IMG/VR virus record: IMGVR_UViG_3300029258_003681
Origin: a virus
DNA length: 64,000 bases
Strand: one strand, 5' to 3'
Each line of letters starts with the position of its first letter. Position 1 is the stretch's first letter. The position numbers and the translations under genes are program-made. The notes beneath the pieces were generated by a model. It saw nothing but the letters and a program-made list of their open reading frames with translations, did no database searches and was not told where the DNA came from. Below, one piece after another: positions 10,040 through 19,016 of the stretch.

Positions 10040-10059
10040 CCAAGGGAGGAGAGCGTTGA

Positions 10060-10599
10060 ATGGCACGGTCGCGCATTGCAGATTTCATGCAGAACCATCG
10101 CTTTTGGCTTCTGGATGTGGTGCCAAGTGCGACGTTTCCCTTTCTTGTATTGGGCGCTCCCATTCTGGGGTTTCAGTCAATAACTACGCCTGAATACACA
10201 GCTGAAGTAGACGAGATCAAGCAGCTTAACTCGATGTACAAGCGCAGTGCGTACTCGGGTGGCGGCGTGGCGCCGATCACTTTGACGCGTGGAGTTCTTG
10301 GATACGATGACACGATGTGGCAGTGGATGATGCGTGCGATCCGTGGGTTCGACATGACGAATCGCAACCTGCTGCTTCTTCATTTCACGAATATTGGTCA
10401 CACGGACGACGAGATTGGTATTGCAGCCTGGGAGTCAGCTGCGTTTTTGCCTGGAAAAGCCTGGCTGTTGTGGGATTGTATTCCTACACGGTACAAGGCG
10501 GGATCTGATTTTGACGCCAAGGGCGGCGAGGTCAGCATTGCGGAATTGGAGATTCAACCGTGGGCGGTGACGGAATTTACGCTTTTGTCGCCACTTTAG
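10060..10599 (+). CDS. Tail tube protein (T4 gp19-like) 2
   Basis: GFQSITTPEY, ITLTRGV, MWQW, CIPTRYKAGSDFDA..GEVSIAELEI. Confidence 0.85.
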   Translation: MARSRIADFMQNHRFWLLDVVPSATFPFLVLGAPILGFQSITTPEYTAEVDEIKQLNSMYKRSAYSGGGVAPITLTRGVLGYDDTMWQWMMRAIRGFDMTNRNLLLLHFTNIGHTDDEIGIAAWESAAFLPGKAWLLWDCIPTRYKAGSDFDAKGGEVSIAELEIQPWAVTEFTLLSPL

Positions 10600-10611
10600 A
10601 GAGACCATTGG

Positions 10612-10639
10612 TTGACAAACCCGTTATAGCGGGTAACAT
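10612..10639 (+). promoter_or_regulatory. Sigma70-like promoter
   Basis: TTGACA-16 nt-TAACAT upstream of the cargo gene cluster. Confidence 0.55.
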
Positions 10640-10672
10640 ATCTGAGTAGATGATGTTTGAAGGGAAAAGATC

Positions 10673-11302
10673 ATGAGAAAATTGATTGAGAAATTGGGCA
10701 ATGCGATCGAGGGCGATGGGCAGGTTGAAGATGGCGCGGAGGATTCTGTATCTAGTGTGCCGAATGTGATGCGAAAGGGGTTGGTTGAGGAGCTGGGGGA
10801 TGCAATCGATGGTAAGCCCCAGGACGAGTCCACAGATGCCAACACTGTCGATGCGGCTGCATCTCTGGCCGAGGCGTCCAACCTGCTTGATGAGGAGGCC
10901 AAGACCGAGGGTGCGATCAAGGCTCTGCGCGACACTGACTACAGAGACCAGGACGCGTTCTTCAAGATGGTGCAGCTCCTCAAGGGGCTCGCCACCGTCA
11001 CTAAGGAGGACGAGCAGGCCAAGAAGTACATGGCGGCGGTGTCTGATGCGCTGACCACGGCGGCCAAGAAGGTACTTGGCGAGGACGCCGATGGCCTGGA
11101 CGAGGCGAAGCGCAAGTCGCAGGGAGAGATTCGCATCTTTTCCATGGGGGGATATGGTCAGCCCGAGAAATACGAATACAGCGTCAAAGAGCGCCAGGAT
11201 AGTGGCAAGACGGCGCTCGCTGACAGGGGATCTGCTCCGACGGCTCGGAAGGCATTCGACAAGGCGTTCAAGGTCTGCAAAGACGACTATGGATGGGAGT
11301 AA
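10673..11302 (+). CDS. Leader-family protein (MRKLIEK), putative head-packaged protein
   Basis: Shared N-terminal motif; internal repeat LIEKLGNAIEG/LVEELGDAIDG. Confidence 0.7.
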   Translation: MRKLIEKLGNAIEGDGQVEDGAEDSVSSVPNVMRKGLVEELGDAIDGKPQDESTDANTVDAAASLAEASNLLDEEAKTEGAIKALRDTDYRDQDAFFKMVQLLKGLATVTKEDEQAKKYMAAVSDALTTAAKKVLGEDADGLDEAKRKSQGEIRIFSMGGYGQPEKYEYSVKERQDSGKTALADRGSAPTARKAFDKAFKVCKDDYGWE

Positions 11303-11305
11303 ATC

Positions 11306-11698
11306 ATGATCACAAGAACGAAAAAACAGTTGCTCAGTGAGATGGTTCAGAACGCTGGTGTAGACCCCAAGAAGATCCTTGGTGATGATGCTGAAATTGA
11401 AGGGGATCCCGAGGAGGCTATCGAGCCAGTGGCAGAGGCCATGTACAAGGTGCCACGCAGCAAGAAGGATCTCGCGCCCAAGACCCCTGCAAACCTGAAG
11501 AAGCGGGCAGATCTTGCCAAGAGTGCGGTGGCGCACGTCGAGGCTGCGATCAAGGATCTGAGTAAGATTCCTCCCCTGGATTTTATGGGCGACATTTATC
11601 ACTTCTCCGAGCTGTTGGATCAAGCAATCGGTGGTGATGGAGGTGGTCTTAAGTGGCTGGCCAAGGCGTACGATAGGGATGCCAAGAAGGGAAAATGA
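11306..11698 (+). CDS. Hypothetical protein with EMVQNAGVDP N-terminus
   Basis: N-terminus paralogous to that of 11700..12200. Confidence 0.7.
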   Translation: MITRTKKQLLSEMVQNAGVDPKKILGDDAEIEGDPEEAIEPVAEAMYKVPRSKKDLAPKTPANLKKRADLAKSAVAHVEAAIKDLSKIPPLDFMGDIYHFSELLDQAIGGDGGGLKWLAKAYDRDAKKGK

Positions 11699-11699
11699 T

Positions 11700-12200
11700 A
11701 TGAGTCGCAAAGATCTGATAATTGAGGAGATGGTGCGGAATGCGGGTGTTGATCCTGGGCGCATCTTGGGCGGCGAAAATATCGGATCCGAGGAGCCAGT
11801 GGAAGAGGGCACCGTCAATTTCAAATTCTACCACGCGGCTAAGGATGCCGAGGATCGCTTCGAGAAGGCTCTCAGAAAGCAGTACGGCAAGGACTACCAG
11901 GACAAGAGGTACACTGGGAAGGGTTTCAACAAGGAGACCCAGGCGGCCTACGATGCGTTCCTGAAGGCCAGTGATGCGTGGCGCAATGAGACGCGTCGCG
12001 CGCGCGGGGAAAGTGTCGAGGAGGATAAAGGATTGTTGGGTGGGGTGATCCACATTATCAAAATGGGCGAGGATCGCTGGGTCGCTCGGATTGCCAAACC
12101 TCTGGGGGTTGCGTTCAAAGATTCCTTCAAGGGTGCGAGTGGCCATGAGGCCCTGATGAAAATGGCCAAGGATTGGTCCAAAACTGGTTTTATGGAGTAG
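11700..12200 (+). CDS. Hypothetical protein with EMVRNAGVDP N-terminus
   Basis: Start reassigned to ATG 11700; N-terminus paralogous to 11306. Confidence 0.7.
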   Translation: MSRKDLIIEEMVRNAGVDPGRILGGENIGSEEPVEEGTVNFKFYHAAKDAEDRFEKALRKQYGKDYQDKRYTGKGFNKETQAAYDAFLKASDAWRNETRRARGESVEEDKGLLGGVIHIIKMGEDRWVARIAKPLGVAFKDSFKGASGHEALMKMAKDWSKTGFME

Positions 12201-12215
12201 CGAACTCCAGTTCGC
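12200..12215. repeat. Dispersed palindrome GCGAACTCCAGTTCGC
   Basis: Overlaps the TAG stop and precedes the holin RBS. Confidence 0.85.
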
Positions 12216-12226
12216 GGGAGGAAGAT

Positions 12227-12592
12227 ATGGATTTGAACAGTTTGAAGTCGAAGAAGCTGCTTGTCACGTTGCTGGCGGCGGTTGGTATGGTCGTAAACTC
12301 GCTGCTTGGCAATCCTGTGGACGAGAAGACGGTCTACAGCGTGCTGGGTATCCTGGGGACCTATATCCTGGGCCAAGGCATAGCCGACCACGGGGCGCAG
12401 GGGGCAGCGAAGGCCGCAGAGCGGTCGATCAAAAAAGGCGCAGAAGTTGCGGCGGCGGTGACTGGTGTTCTTGGTCAGCGTCACGGCAATGGGCAGCCGG
12501 TTATCCACGATGATGAGGATGACGACGGTCCAAATTGGGATGATACATCCGAAGAGGACGAGGAAGATAAGCCGAAGGAGCTGCTCGGATGA
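12227..12592 (+). CDS. Putative holin
   Basis: SKKLLVTLL..., two TM helices, YILGQGIAD, acidic C-terminal tail. Confidence 0.7.
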   Translation: MDLNSLKSKKLLVTLLAAVGMVVNSLLGNPVDEKTVYSVLGILGTYILGQGIADHGAQGAAKAAERSIKKGAEVAAAVTGVLGQRHGNGQPVIHDDEDDDGPNWDDTSEEDEEDKPKELLG

Positions 12593-12867
12593 GAGATCTA
12601 CTGGAAAGACTGACGACAGAGGGTGTTCTTGGTGGCGGTATTTCTGTTGCCTATGTGTACAAGCTCCTCCACAAGATCCTGGGCAAGGATCAGTTCGGCA
12701 AGATCACAAAGAAGGGCAAGAGCATTACGATCGCCACGAAGGTGGATGCGGGGATGGACGGCCAGAAGCAGTTTGATAAATTTGCGGATGAGATCCAGAA
12801 GAAGCATCCCGATGCGAATGTGGACCATAAGTCTGGTGGCAAGGTGTGGACGATCCATCTTCCGTAG
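12589..12867 (+). CDS. Leader-family protein (MRDLLER)
   Basis: Shared leader; ATGA overlap. Confidence 0.7.
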   Translation: MRDLLERLTTEGVLGGGISVAYVYKLLHKILGKDQFGKITKKGKSITIATKVDAGMDGQKQFDKFADEIQKKHPDANVDHKSGGKVWTIHLP

Positions 12868-12875
12868 GAGGCGAC

Positions 12876-13301
12876 ATGAGGCAGTTGATTGAAAGGTTGC
12901 GGACACTTGGTGAGATGACGAATGCCGAGGCTGACAAGCTGGAGAAGGATGGTTTTGACCTTCGCAAGTGGGTCAAGATTTCAGGATGGAAGCCCGAGGA
13001 TGCCGAGCCGAGTTCGACCTTGATTGAGTCGCCAGACGGCTACTGGTTTCTTTATGGAGAGTTGGTGATTGATGCCGAGGAGGTTGAGATTGCTCTAGTG
13101 GCGCATGTCGACAAGTTCAGTCTGGCACAGCAAAAAGTGATGAAATCCAAGGGGATGAAAATAGATAAGGGGCGCGATTCCTTGGCGAGCAAATCGGTCA
13201 AGGTTGGTGATGTGCGAGATGTTAAAAAGGTCGGAAGCACTATCAAGAAGGTTGTGAAAGAGATGGCAGCGATCGTGAAGGCGGTCGAGAAAGCAAAATA
13301 A
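12876..13301 (+). CDS. Leader-family protein (MRQLIER)
   Basis: RBS GGAGG; shared leader. Confidence 0.7.
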   Translation: MRQLIERLRTLGEMTNAEADKLEKDGFDLRKWVKISGWKPEDAEPSSTLIESPDGYWFLYGELVIDAEEVEIALVAHVDKFSLAQQKVMKSKGMKIDKGRDSLASKSVKVGDVRDVKKVGSTIKKVVKEMAAIVKAVEKAK

Positions 13302-13304
13302 ATA

Positions 13305-13793
13305 GTGGCTGAATCTGTTCCCAAAGCGCCAGAGGTTTCTCCTCAAATCGTAGCCACGGAAACGGGCATGGCGATGGTGCGTGATCTGCTCCTGCGGATG
13401 GGGCGGATTAAGCGAGAGCTGGTATCTCCGAAGCCAACTGGTACGTCGGAGTATTCGATGATGTTGGTGGGTTCGCTGTTGAACCGTCGTCATCGTGACA
13501 TTGGGACGATACGGATTTATGTGACGGTTCCTGCGAACGGTGAGAATATCAAGTTCACGATCGAGTGGACGCGACATGCGTTTGGGTTCTGGTATCGCCA
13601 GGAGGTGATTTTGAAGGACGCTGTGGATGATCCTGAGCATGCGAACGTGCAAAAGCTGAGGACGGCGTTGGATCCGATCCAGTGGACGGCAGATGGAACG
13701 ACGCGAGTGAAATCGATGAATCGGATGTTCAAAAAAATAAAGAAGAGCCGAGTGCGGGATCGAGCATCGCGCGCGGGCTTGATGGTGGGATGA
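13305..13793 (+). CDS. Hypothetical protein
   Basis: GTG start, tight gene packing. Confidence 0.55.
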   Translation: MAESVPKAPEVSPQIVATETGMAMVRDLLLRMGRIKRELVSPKPTGTSEYSMMLVGSLLNRRHRDIGTIRIYVTVPANGENIKFTIEWTRHAFGFWYRQEVILKDAVDDPEHANVQKLRTALDPIQWTADGTTRVKSMNRMFKKIKKSRVRDRASRAGLMVG

Positions 13794-14830
13794 TGCTGAC
13801 GAAGATTCAACTGACTGTAGCGATACGCTACAACGCTACGCAGTGTGGGAAGCTCTACGATGTGGGCGATATGCCGTGGCCGTGGTCTGAGGCGAAGCCA
13901 GATTTGTTTGCGTGGGCGACGGCGAATTTTCAGCTGGAAAATCGGCTGACGGTTGATGGAAAGATGGGGCCGAAGACGTTCCGTGCGGTCATGAAGGCCG
14001 AGGGCGATACGTCTGTGGAGGTTCCGATCCCTCCGAAGGATCCGAGTTTACCCAAGCCTCCCACACCTCCTCCCTATGGGAAGCTGAGTGATTCCAAGTT
14101 TTCAAATGCGATTATCGTAGATGGTGAGCGCGTTGAGTTGCCGTCTGAGTTTTTGGCGGCTGGTATGACGGCCAGCAATTACCTGGAGGATGACGAGCCC
14201 CATTTCAAGCATGGTGAGCGCGTTGGTGAATTGATCCATTTTGTGCTGCATGAGACTTGTGGTAATACGGCCCAGGGATGCAAGAACACTCTCAAGAAAA
14301 AAGGATATGGAGTGCAGCTTATTCTGGCGCCGTCGGGTCATCTTTCTTGCCATGGCGATCTTGTACGCGATCGGATGGTCCATGCGAACCAGCTTAATGA
14401 TACGAGCTTTGGTATTGAGATAGTGAATCCGTACAATCCGATATTCGTGAACGACAAGGCGATCTGGTACAACACCCTGAAGCGGCTGTGGTGGACGTGG
14501 GTACCCGCTCTGAAGACGAGGAAGGGTATCAACAAGGGCATACAGTCCCTTCTTAAGCGCAGGGGTTTGAAGGCGGTTCCCAAGCGTTACGTTACGCCGA
14601 CTCCGCCACAGATGGCGGCGATTCGGTTGTTGGTGCCGTGGTTGTGTGAACTTACGAGTGTTCCTTATCGCTTCCCTACCAAGGGGCTGAACAAAAAGAA
14701 ACGAAAAATTGATGGGCTGACGATGAAGCCAAGGGGTCGCCCTGGGCCAGGCGTTGTCGCGCATCGTGATTTTGCATCGCACGCGGACGGGCGGTACATA
14801 CTTGAAGATCTACTGGTCCGCAAAGGATAG
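13790..14830 (+). CDS. Endolysin: peptidoglycan-binding domain plus Amidase_2-type amidase
   Basis: LTVDGKMGPKT (PG-binding); FVLHET, HANQLNDTSFGIEIVN, VVAHRDF. Confidence 0.85.
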   Translation: MMLTKIQLTVAIRYNATQCGKLYDVGDMPWPWSEAKPDLFAWATANFQLENRLTVDGKMGPKTFRAVMKAEGDTSVEVPIPPKDPSLPKPPTPPPYGKLSDSKFSNAIIVDGERVELPSEFLAAGMTASNYLEDDEPHFKHGERVGELIHFVLHETCGNTAQGCKNTLKKKGYGVQLILAPSGHLSCHGDLVRDRMVHANQLNDTSFGIEIVNPYNPIFVNDKAIWYNTLKRLWWTWVPALKTRKGINKGIQSLLKRRGLKAVPKRYVTPTPPQMAAIRLLVPWLCELTSVPYRFPTKGLNKKKRKIDGLTMKPRGRPGPGVVAHRDFASHADGRYILEDLLVRKG

Positions 14831-14874
14831 AATCAACATGTGTCGCTGAGGCGGCCAAAAAAGGAGAGAGAGAA

Positions 14875-15399
14875 ATGACTAGAAGAAATGCAGCAGACGC
14901 ACCGTCGGCCGACAGTATTCGAAACGCTGGTGCAATCCCGCAGGCTTCTCAAATTTCGAATGATTCGAATTCGGAAGGAGAGTCCGTGGCGGCTGTGCTC
15001 AACAACTTAGGCGACAAACTTCGTAAGACTGTGACGGCCCTCGACATTGTCACGCTTAACGACGAGCAAAGTGTGGCCCTGGGCGGGGATGCTCTCCACC
15101 AATGGGCTCCCGTGACGGCTGTCGTCCAGATAACGGGCGTGGGTGGTACCATCGCAGGAGATGCACAGATCACCATCGGCATCACGACTGGTGGTACGGA
15201 GATCTTGGCGGCGACGGCATTGACAGGGGCTGTCACCATCAATGAAATGCTCATTATCGATCTGAGTGCAGTGGCCAAACCTGCGATACCTGCCAATTCC
15301 ACCGTCTTCGTGAAGGTGACTTCGGCGGATTCGACGGGCACGGCTGGTTCGCTCGCGAGCGTGCATCTGATGGGCGAGATCATTGATACTGCTTCCTAG
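14875..15399 (+). CDS. Probable virion structural protein (beta-rich)
   Basis: Ala/Thr/Gly-rich beta pattern; RBS. Confidence 0.55.
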   Translation: MTRRNAADAPSADSIRNAGAIPQASQISNDSNSEGESVAAVLNNLGDKLRKTVTALDIVTLNDEQSVALGGDALHQWAPVTAVVQITGVGGTIAGDAQITIGITTGGTEILAATALTGAVTINEMLIIDLSAVAKPAIPANSTVFVKVTSADSTGTAGSLASVHLMGEIIDTAS

Positions 15400-15426
15400 A
15401 AGCAGTTGGCTGAAGTAGTATGAAGG

Positions 15427-15455
15427 GGGGACGGCAGCTTTGGGGCTGCCTCCCC
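15427..15455 (+). terminator. GC-rich hairpin, possible terminator
   Basis: GGGGAC-GGCAGC...GCTGCC-TCCCC; weak U-tract. Confidence 0.4.
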
Positions 15456-15492
15456 TGGATCTTTGTGTGACTGGTTTGATCAGGAGGACACG

Positions 15493-15996
15493 ATGGACGA
15501 ACGGTCGATGAGGGAGATGCGATATCTGGCTGGGATGGATATGCTGTTGGAATCAGGCCCTGAGAATGCCGAGGAGATTGATGAGGAATCTCAGGCGTTG
15601 GCCGAGGCTGTTGTTTCGATCAATCAGAAGCTCAAAGATGCCGAACAGGCTTTTCTGGGCAATGTGCTGGTGGTTGCGAGGAAGTATCTTCGGCAGCAGA
15701 ACAGGGGACTCAAGATGGAGGTGATCCGCATTCCTCCGATGGGCGGAGGCGGATCGATTGGTGGTGTTCGTTTTGTCGGTGATAATTGGCAGCTTGATGC
15801 AATGATAGATCGCAAGGGTGATAAGTGGGAATTTTGGAAAGTTGGCCGTATGTCGGTAGGGATCTCTGAGCCTGTCGAGATTGAGGATACGGCCAAGGTT
15901 CACGATCTTCATCCTCAGTCGATAGCGATGGGGCTCAATGCGCTCTATGGTGCTTTGGTCGAGAAGAATGAAGAGGCTCGTCATAAGGCGAAATGA
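15493..15996 (+). CDS. Hypothetical protein with MREMRYLAG...LLES propeptide-like N-terminus
   Basis: RBS AGGAGG; acidic N-terminus. Confidence 0.65.
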   Translation: MDERSMREMRYLAGMDMLLESGPENAEEIDEESQALAEAVVSINQKLKDAEQAFLGNVLVVARKYLRQQNRGLKMEVIRIPPMGGGGSIGGVRFVGDNWQLDAMIDRKGDKWEFWKVGRMSVGISEPVEIEDTAKVHDLHPQSIAMGLNALYGALVEKNEEARHKAK

Positions 15997-16004
15997 GGTT
16001 ATTG

Positions 16005-16646
16005 ATGAGGGATTTGATCGAGAGCCTGGGTAAATTCATCGCCGAGAGCAAGGCGAAGAAGGTTCGGAAGCGTCGCACGCGCAAGCGCGCAAGTGAGGCC
16101 GATAAGATGATGGCCAAGCAGATCGGTGCGGCCATGAAGGCTCGGATCTCCGAGATTCCTCGCATGCTTCCAAGAGGGTGGGTCATCACTCAAGCATTGG
16201 CGCTGGACAAGCAGATCTTGGGCAAGCGCGGCGAGGCATACATAGGGAATGAGCTGGAGGCTGATTATGGATATCCAATCGGCATCAGCGACGAGTTGAT
16301 CGAGACGGCCACTGCCGACTTTGGTCTGTCCTGCTATCCCTACGGGAATGGTGATGGTGTTGTTTGCAGTGTTACGGTGGACAACTTCAGCCCAGATGAG
16401 AGCGACCCTGGTGTGGTGATGGTTCCCGTGCCACCGAGAGATGGCATAACGATCGAGGCGGAGTGGAAGCGTAAGAAGAAGGCATTTGATCCGAGCAAGA
16501 ATCTCTGGCCTCTCATCAAGACGGTGATGAAGGAGCTGAAGAAGCAGATGCCAGAGTACGATGAGTTGGATCCCGACTATGGCAAGAGCGAGACGGAGCG
16601 GTACTTCGGCAGCGAGTCCGCATATTGGCGATGGAAGGAAGGCTGA
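16005..16646 (+). CDS. Leader-family protein (MRDLIES...FIAES)
   Basis: Shared leader; alternative start at 15993. Confidence 0.7.
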   Translation: MRDLIESLGKFIAESKAKKVRKRRTRKRASEADKMMAKQIGAAMKARISEIPRMLPRGWVITQALALDKQILGKRGEAYIGNELEADYGYPIGISDELIETATADFGLSCYPYGNGDGVVCSVTVDNFSPDESDPGVVMVPVPPRDGITIEAEWKRKKKAFDPSKNLWPLIKTVMKELKKQMPEYDELDPDYGKSETERYFGSESAYWRWKEG

Positions 16647-16987
16647 TGAAACATCTTACAAACCAGCTTCAGGATTTCATTGCGGATGCACCGAATCCTG
16701 AGCGCAGGAAGATCTTGTCGGCGACCGAGGAACGGTTGTTTCGGTCGATGAAGACACAGGGAGAGCGGGCCACGAAGGGGCGCGAGATCGGCAAGACAGT
16801 TTTTGAATCCAAGGTCAAGGCTGGGGTGTCGTTCCTGATGATCATGGAAGGACGGCATGCGATGTCGGTGGGCGCGCAGGTTGCTCGTCGTTTCAATGGG
16901 GCTCGTGATGTGGATTCTGTCGAAGTTGTAAAGACCAAGAATGGTGCGTGCGTAATATTGCGCCCGAAGGCGAATGCGGATGCGTGA
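16646..16987 (+). CDS. Hypothetical protein (divergent leader MKHLTNQLQDFIAD)
   Basis: TGATG overlap. Confidence 0.6.
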   Translation: MKHLTNQLQDFIADAPNPERRKILSATEERLFRSMKTQGERATKGREIGKTVFESKVKAGVSFLMIMEGRHAMSVGAQVARRFNGARDVDSVEVVKTKNGACVILRPKANADA

Positions 16988-17303
16988 TCTGATCGAAGGC
17001 AGACGTTTGCTCATGGAGGACGGTAGTATTACTGTGTTTGGTTTTGTCCGTGGGAATGCGTTGGACTTTGGTAGGATACTGAAAAGATTTATGCCCAAGA
17101 GGGGTGCTGTTACGCGGATGAAGAAGGCGCAGTCGGGAGAGTATCACGTGGTTGGCACGACGATGTTTAAGTTGGTTGGCATGGAAGAGTTGATCAATGC
17201 TGCGACGGCTGCTGGGCAGAAGGGCTCTAATGGTATGTGGACCGAAGCCAAGCGGTACATGAGCTTCGTTCCAGGTTTTTTGGAGAACGTTTCAAAGGAA
17301 TAG
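16980..17303 (+). CDS. Leader-family protein (MRDLIEG...LMED)
   Basis: Shared leader. Confidence 0.65.
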   Translation: MRDLIEGRRLLMEDGSITVFGFVRGNALDFGRILKRFMPKRGAVTRMKKAQSGEYHVVGTTMFKLVGMEELINAATAAGQKGSNGMWTEAKRYMSFVPGFLENVSKE

Positions 17304-17306
17304 AAA

Positions 17307-17579
17307 ATGAAAAAGATCATCGAAAATTTGACGGCCAAAGGTGCTGAAAATCTGGAAGAGGCGAGCTTCGACAACAAGAAGGTCTATAGTTCATTGAAGG
17401 TGGCGATTTCGTCAGCTGGTTCTGCGGTCAAAGCGCTCAAGTTGATCCCACCGTCGAAGTGGGGCAAGGCCAACAAGAAGGAGTCCCGAGAGATTGACGA
17501 TCTCATCGTCAAGCTCAACCAGATCAAGCGGGACGCTACCAATCTCGCTATTGGCGTTGGCGTTACGGCTGGCAGGTAA
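17307..17579 (+). CDS. Leader-family protein (MKKIIEN...LEEA)
   Basis: Shared leader. Confidence 0.65.
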   Translation: MKKIIENLTAKGAENLEEASFDNKKVYSSLKVAISSAGSAVKALKLIPPSKWGKANKKESREIDDLIVKLNQIKRDATNLAIGVGVTAGR

Positions 17580-17581
17580 TT

Positions 17582-17869
17582 ATGCGGAGGCTCCTCGAAG
17601 AGAAGGCCAAGAAGGGTCTGGAGAGGTTCAAGGAGATCCACGGGATCGTAAGCACGGGTGACGGCTATGGTCTTGGTTTCTCGGAGAAGGAGCAGAAGTG
17701 GTACGGCTGGAGTCATCGGGCCATAGAGGGTTTTGGGATCGGCGACATGATTTTCGAGGTAAATTTCGGTGATGACAAGACGTTGTTTAGGCAACATGGC
17801 AAGAAGCCTATAAAAAACATGGATGACGCCAAGGAATCTGCGCGGAGATTCGCAAAATACGTGTCATGA
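17582..17869 (+). CDS. Leader-family protein (MRRLLEE)
   Basis: Shared leader; KWYGWSHRAI.GFGIGD domain. Confidence 0.7.
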   Translation: MRRLLEEKAKKGLERFKEIHGIVSTGDGYGLGFSEKEQKWYGWSHRAIEGFGIGDMIFEVNFGDDKTLFRQHGKKPIKNMDDAKESARRFAKYVS

Positions 17870-17889
17870 GGACGCGAAAGGATGGTGTG

Positions 17890-18234
17890 ATGCGAGATGT
17901 AATTGATAAAATGCAAGCTAAGAATATCGAGGGGATCGATGAGGCAGCTTCAGGTGCGGCATCGACGCGGCTGATCAAGTCTGCCACTGACTTTATCAAG
18001 AAGCAGGCGAAAGAGCTGGACGGGCTCGCTGGAGGGATGCAGTCGCGGGCCAAGAAGGCGAAGAGCTGGACGGTTGCGAATGGTTTGTATCATGCAGCAT
18101 CACGGATCGAGGACCATCTTCGGCGCGCGGTCGACGAGGCGGAGAAGGCAATCGAGAGCATTCCAGAGGAGGGAGCCTCGGACAGCGTGTTCCGTGACTG
18201 GGCGATGCGGATGAAGGACGGTTACTATCGATGA
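17890..18234 (+). CDS. Leader-family protein (MRDVIDK...IDEA)
   Basis: Shared leader; alternative start at 17866. Confidence 0.65.
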   Translation: MRDVIDKMQAKNIEGIDEAASGAASTRLIKSATDFIKKQAKELDGLAGGMQSRAKKAKSWTVANGLYHAASRIEDHLRRAVDEAEKAIESIPEEGASDSVFRDWAMRMKDGYYR

Positions 18235-19016
18235 CGACGACATCGGGTAATATTGCGGGCACTGTGCAGCCTTTTGTTGTTGCGGGCCACGGGACACGTC
18301 CGTGGCCGTATGGCAGCGCAAGGGTCTTCAAGATTGACGAGATCAAGCCTGGTAAGAAAAAGAAGAGGGAGAAGCTCTACTACGGCCAGGTGGGGATGCT
18401 TTATCTAAACACCAGGGGTCAGGTCCAGGAGGCGTTTACCGAGCCTGTTGGCAAGAAGGGCGACAATCTGTGGAAGATTCCTAGCCTGGGCAAGATTGGT
18501 GTATGGAGGACCGTGCGCGGGAAGCGGCATTTCTTTCCCGTTGATGGGTCCAGTCCTATTCCTAAGATTCGTGGCGGTGAGGAAAAGAAGGGCGCGCCCA
18601 AGGGTGCGAAGGCTCAGGGTGGCGGGAGTGCTCCCAAGAAAAAAGGAATCCTGGGCAGGATCATGGACAAGATCTCAAGCGCGCTCGGGGGTGGCGGTGG
18701 GGCTGCATCCAAGGTTAAGGATGTAAAAGGGCCGTCCAAGAAGTCTGGTGGTGCGAAGAAAACCAGTGGTGGCAAGGGTAAAAAGGGCAAGAAAGAGAAA
18801 AAAGCGGAGAGCAAGATCCCAGGCCGCGACGATACTTTGAACCAGACTGATAGTATGATTTTGAAGGCCAGTCGTAGCAAGAGTGGCAAGCGTTTGATGC
18901 CTGCGCTCAAGGGGATGCAGGCTGCATTGAGATCTGATGATCCTGTTGCGTTCAAAAAGGCTGAAGCATCTCTGGCCAAGGCCACTAAAAAGCTGGCAAA
19001 GAAGAAAGGTCGCTAG
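18231..19016 (+). CDS. Lys/Gly-rich basic protein with WRTVRGKRHFF motif
   Basis: W.T..G...F motif of the kind found in phage head-associated proteins; highly basic. Confidence 0.6.
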   Translation: MTTTSGNIAGTVQPFVVAGHGTRPWPYGSARVFKIDEIKPGKKKKREKLYYGQVGMLYLNTRGQVQEAFTEPVGKKGDNLWKIPSLGKIGVWRTVRGKRHFFPVDGSSPIPKIRGGEEKKGAPKGAKAQGGGSAPKKKGILGRIMDKISSALGGGGGAASKVKDVKGPSKKSGGAKKTSGGKGKKGKKEKKAESKIPGRDDTLNQTDSMILKASRSKSGKRLMPALKGMQAALRSDDPVAFKKAEASLAKATKKLAKKKGR

